Source: Lingula anatina
Taxonomy: Eukaryota; Animalia; Brachiopoda
Reading direction: 5' to 3'
DNA: 64,000 bases
Assembly (NCBI GenBank): GCA_051362555.1
Contig: CM120640.1
Location: forward strand, 29,593,967 to 29,657,966
Shown: positions 62,767-64,000 of the stretch, in pieces
Position numbering within the stretch: position 1 is the stretch's first letter
How the letters are laid out: each line of letters opens with the position of its first letter
The notes under the pieces: model-generated
Told to the model about the DNA's origin: nothing
The model's database searches: none
Seen by the model: the letters and a program-made list of their open reading frames with translations, nothing else
Translations under genes and position numbers: made by a program

Positions 62767-64000
62767 CACACACTGGACAATAGAAGTGTCACCCCCTAAC
62801 TCAGAGTAATAAAAGTAGGCAGATCTTGGGTACTTATAATGCCTGGTCTACTTATAATGTGACTAATGAGTATAAAACCGCTATACCATGGAATTGTATT
62901 GTTGGTCTTGTACATGTACAGCGAATGTTATTCCTGTCTTCCTCCAATATGGCAAGATACAGGCAATTATCTAACAGTTATAGGTGCAAGTTATTATCAT
63001 GAAGAGGCGGAATATAAGCAATGTCAGAATATTGATACAATTGAATTGTTCAGTCAGAACCGTGCAGAGGGTCTGCATGGTCTCGGTATAGAAACACTGG
63101 AACAAGAGACAAATTGCCTCTGATGGGTCGTCCAAGAAAAAATACTGGCCGTGAAGACCGACGACTGATTTTTAAGTCCAGGTTGTCAAAGTTCGACACT
63201 GCTTGTCAGTTGACAGCACAGTGGAACAATTTCACACATAAGAATGTGTCTGTGAAAATTGCAAGGCGTCGGTTACATGCTCATAGAGTGTACAGTAGGG
63301 TAGCAAGACTGAAAACTCTTATATCGTTATAAAACAGGCAACGTAGAGTGAACTAGGGTCAACAGGATCTGGAACTGGACAGTCCATGACAGTTGGTCCT
63401 ATATATTTTTTCTCATGAGTGTCGCTTTGGTCTGACATCTGATGACAGATGGGTAAGATGCTGGGGAACTGCTGGTAAAGCATTTGAACCACATGCACTG
63501 AATTTTCGAACCCGGAGCAGCATATTCATCACGGTGTGGGGTTGCATCAGCATCCATGGCGTGGGCGAATTGATAGCGGTTGATGGAAACATGAATCACT
63601 AGAAATATATCGATGTTTTGGAGTCAGGCTTGCTACCATCTATTACTAACATATTTGGTGACAGGAATTATCCATTTGTTCACCAGGATGACAATGCCCC
63701 TTGTCACAGGACCAGAGCAGTTTGTGATTGGTTTGACCAACAGGACATTCGCTGGGTGATGTGGCCTGCCCAGAGTCTGGATGCAAACATAATAGAAAAT
63801 GTGTGGTATGATATGTCAAAACTTTTGACAAATGCCCGTCTAACCAGCAGAGAAACTCTGTTATTTTCAGTGTTTCATGCTTGGGCCAGCATAAGCCCTG
63901 AAGGCATCAGACAATTATACAAATCCTTGCCTCGTAGACTGGCACCTATTAGTAGGTCACGTGGCTATGCCACTAAGTACTAATTTTGGACTTGAACTGC
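62767..64000 (+). mobile_element. Decayed Tc1-family transposon (DD34E transposase pseudogene ~63120-63983); right end lies beyond the window
   Basis: TA|CACACACTGGACAATAG left end. Reads GRPRKNTGREDRRL, FSHECRF (first D mutated), VWGCIS..GVGEL, QDDNAPCH-34aa-IENVW, ending ..GYATKY. Stops and frameshifts are present. Confidence 0.93.

Overview
AT-rich, repeat-dominated animal genomic DNA, probably from a mollusc or other lophotrochozoan (inferred from the repeat types). It is not prokaryotic, and most ORF-track entries are spurious. Main content: (1) 1-12.9 kb, a ~193-bp satellite in higher-order repeats. Its recurring spacer looks like a decayed integrase HHCC-zinc-finger exon of an intron-containing Gypsy-like integrase pseudogene (Ginger type, DD35E), whose other exons follow at 12.9-18.4 kb. 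An internally deleted Academ (XPG + Cys-rich) transposon sits in one of its introns. (2) 19-40 kb, MITEs, tRNA-derived SINE heads, two LINE 3' ends and microsatellites. (3) 40.2-54.7 kb, a Gypsy pol relic followed by a ~59-bp hairpin-core satellite. A ~210-bp piece of the Gypsy integrase region recurs 11 times in it, and a perfect-TIR MITE interrupts it. (4) 55.6-59.2 kb, a second, less amplified copy of the Ginger element. (5) 59.4-62.6 kb, five exons of a + strand gene encoding 8 tenascin-type EGF repeats, two cadherin repeats and a Ser/Thr-rich linker; the 3' half and donor of one exon are repeated 7 times. (6) A decayed Tc1 (DD34E) element at the window end. The most notable observation is two independent satellites that appear to be growing out of integrase-coding elements. 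All calls come from manual reading and translation; no database search was run.
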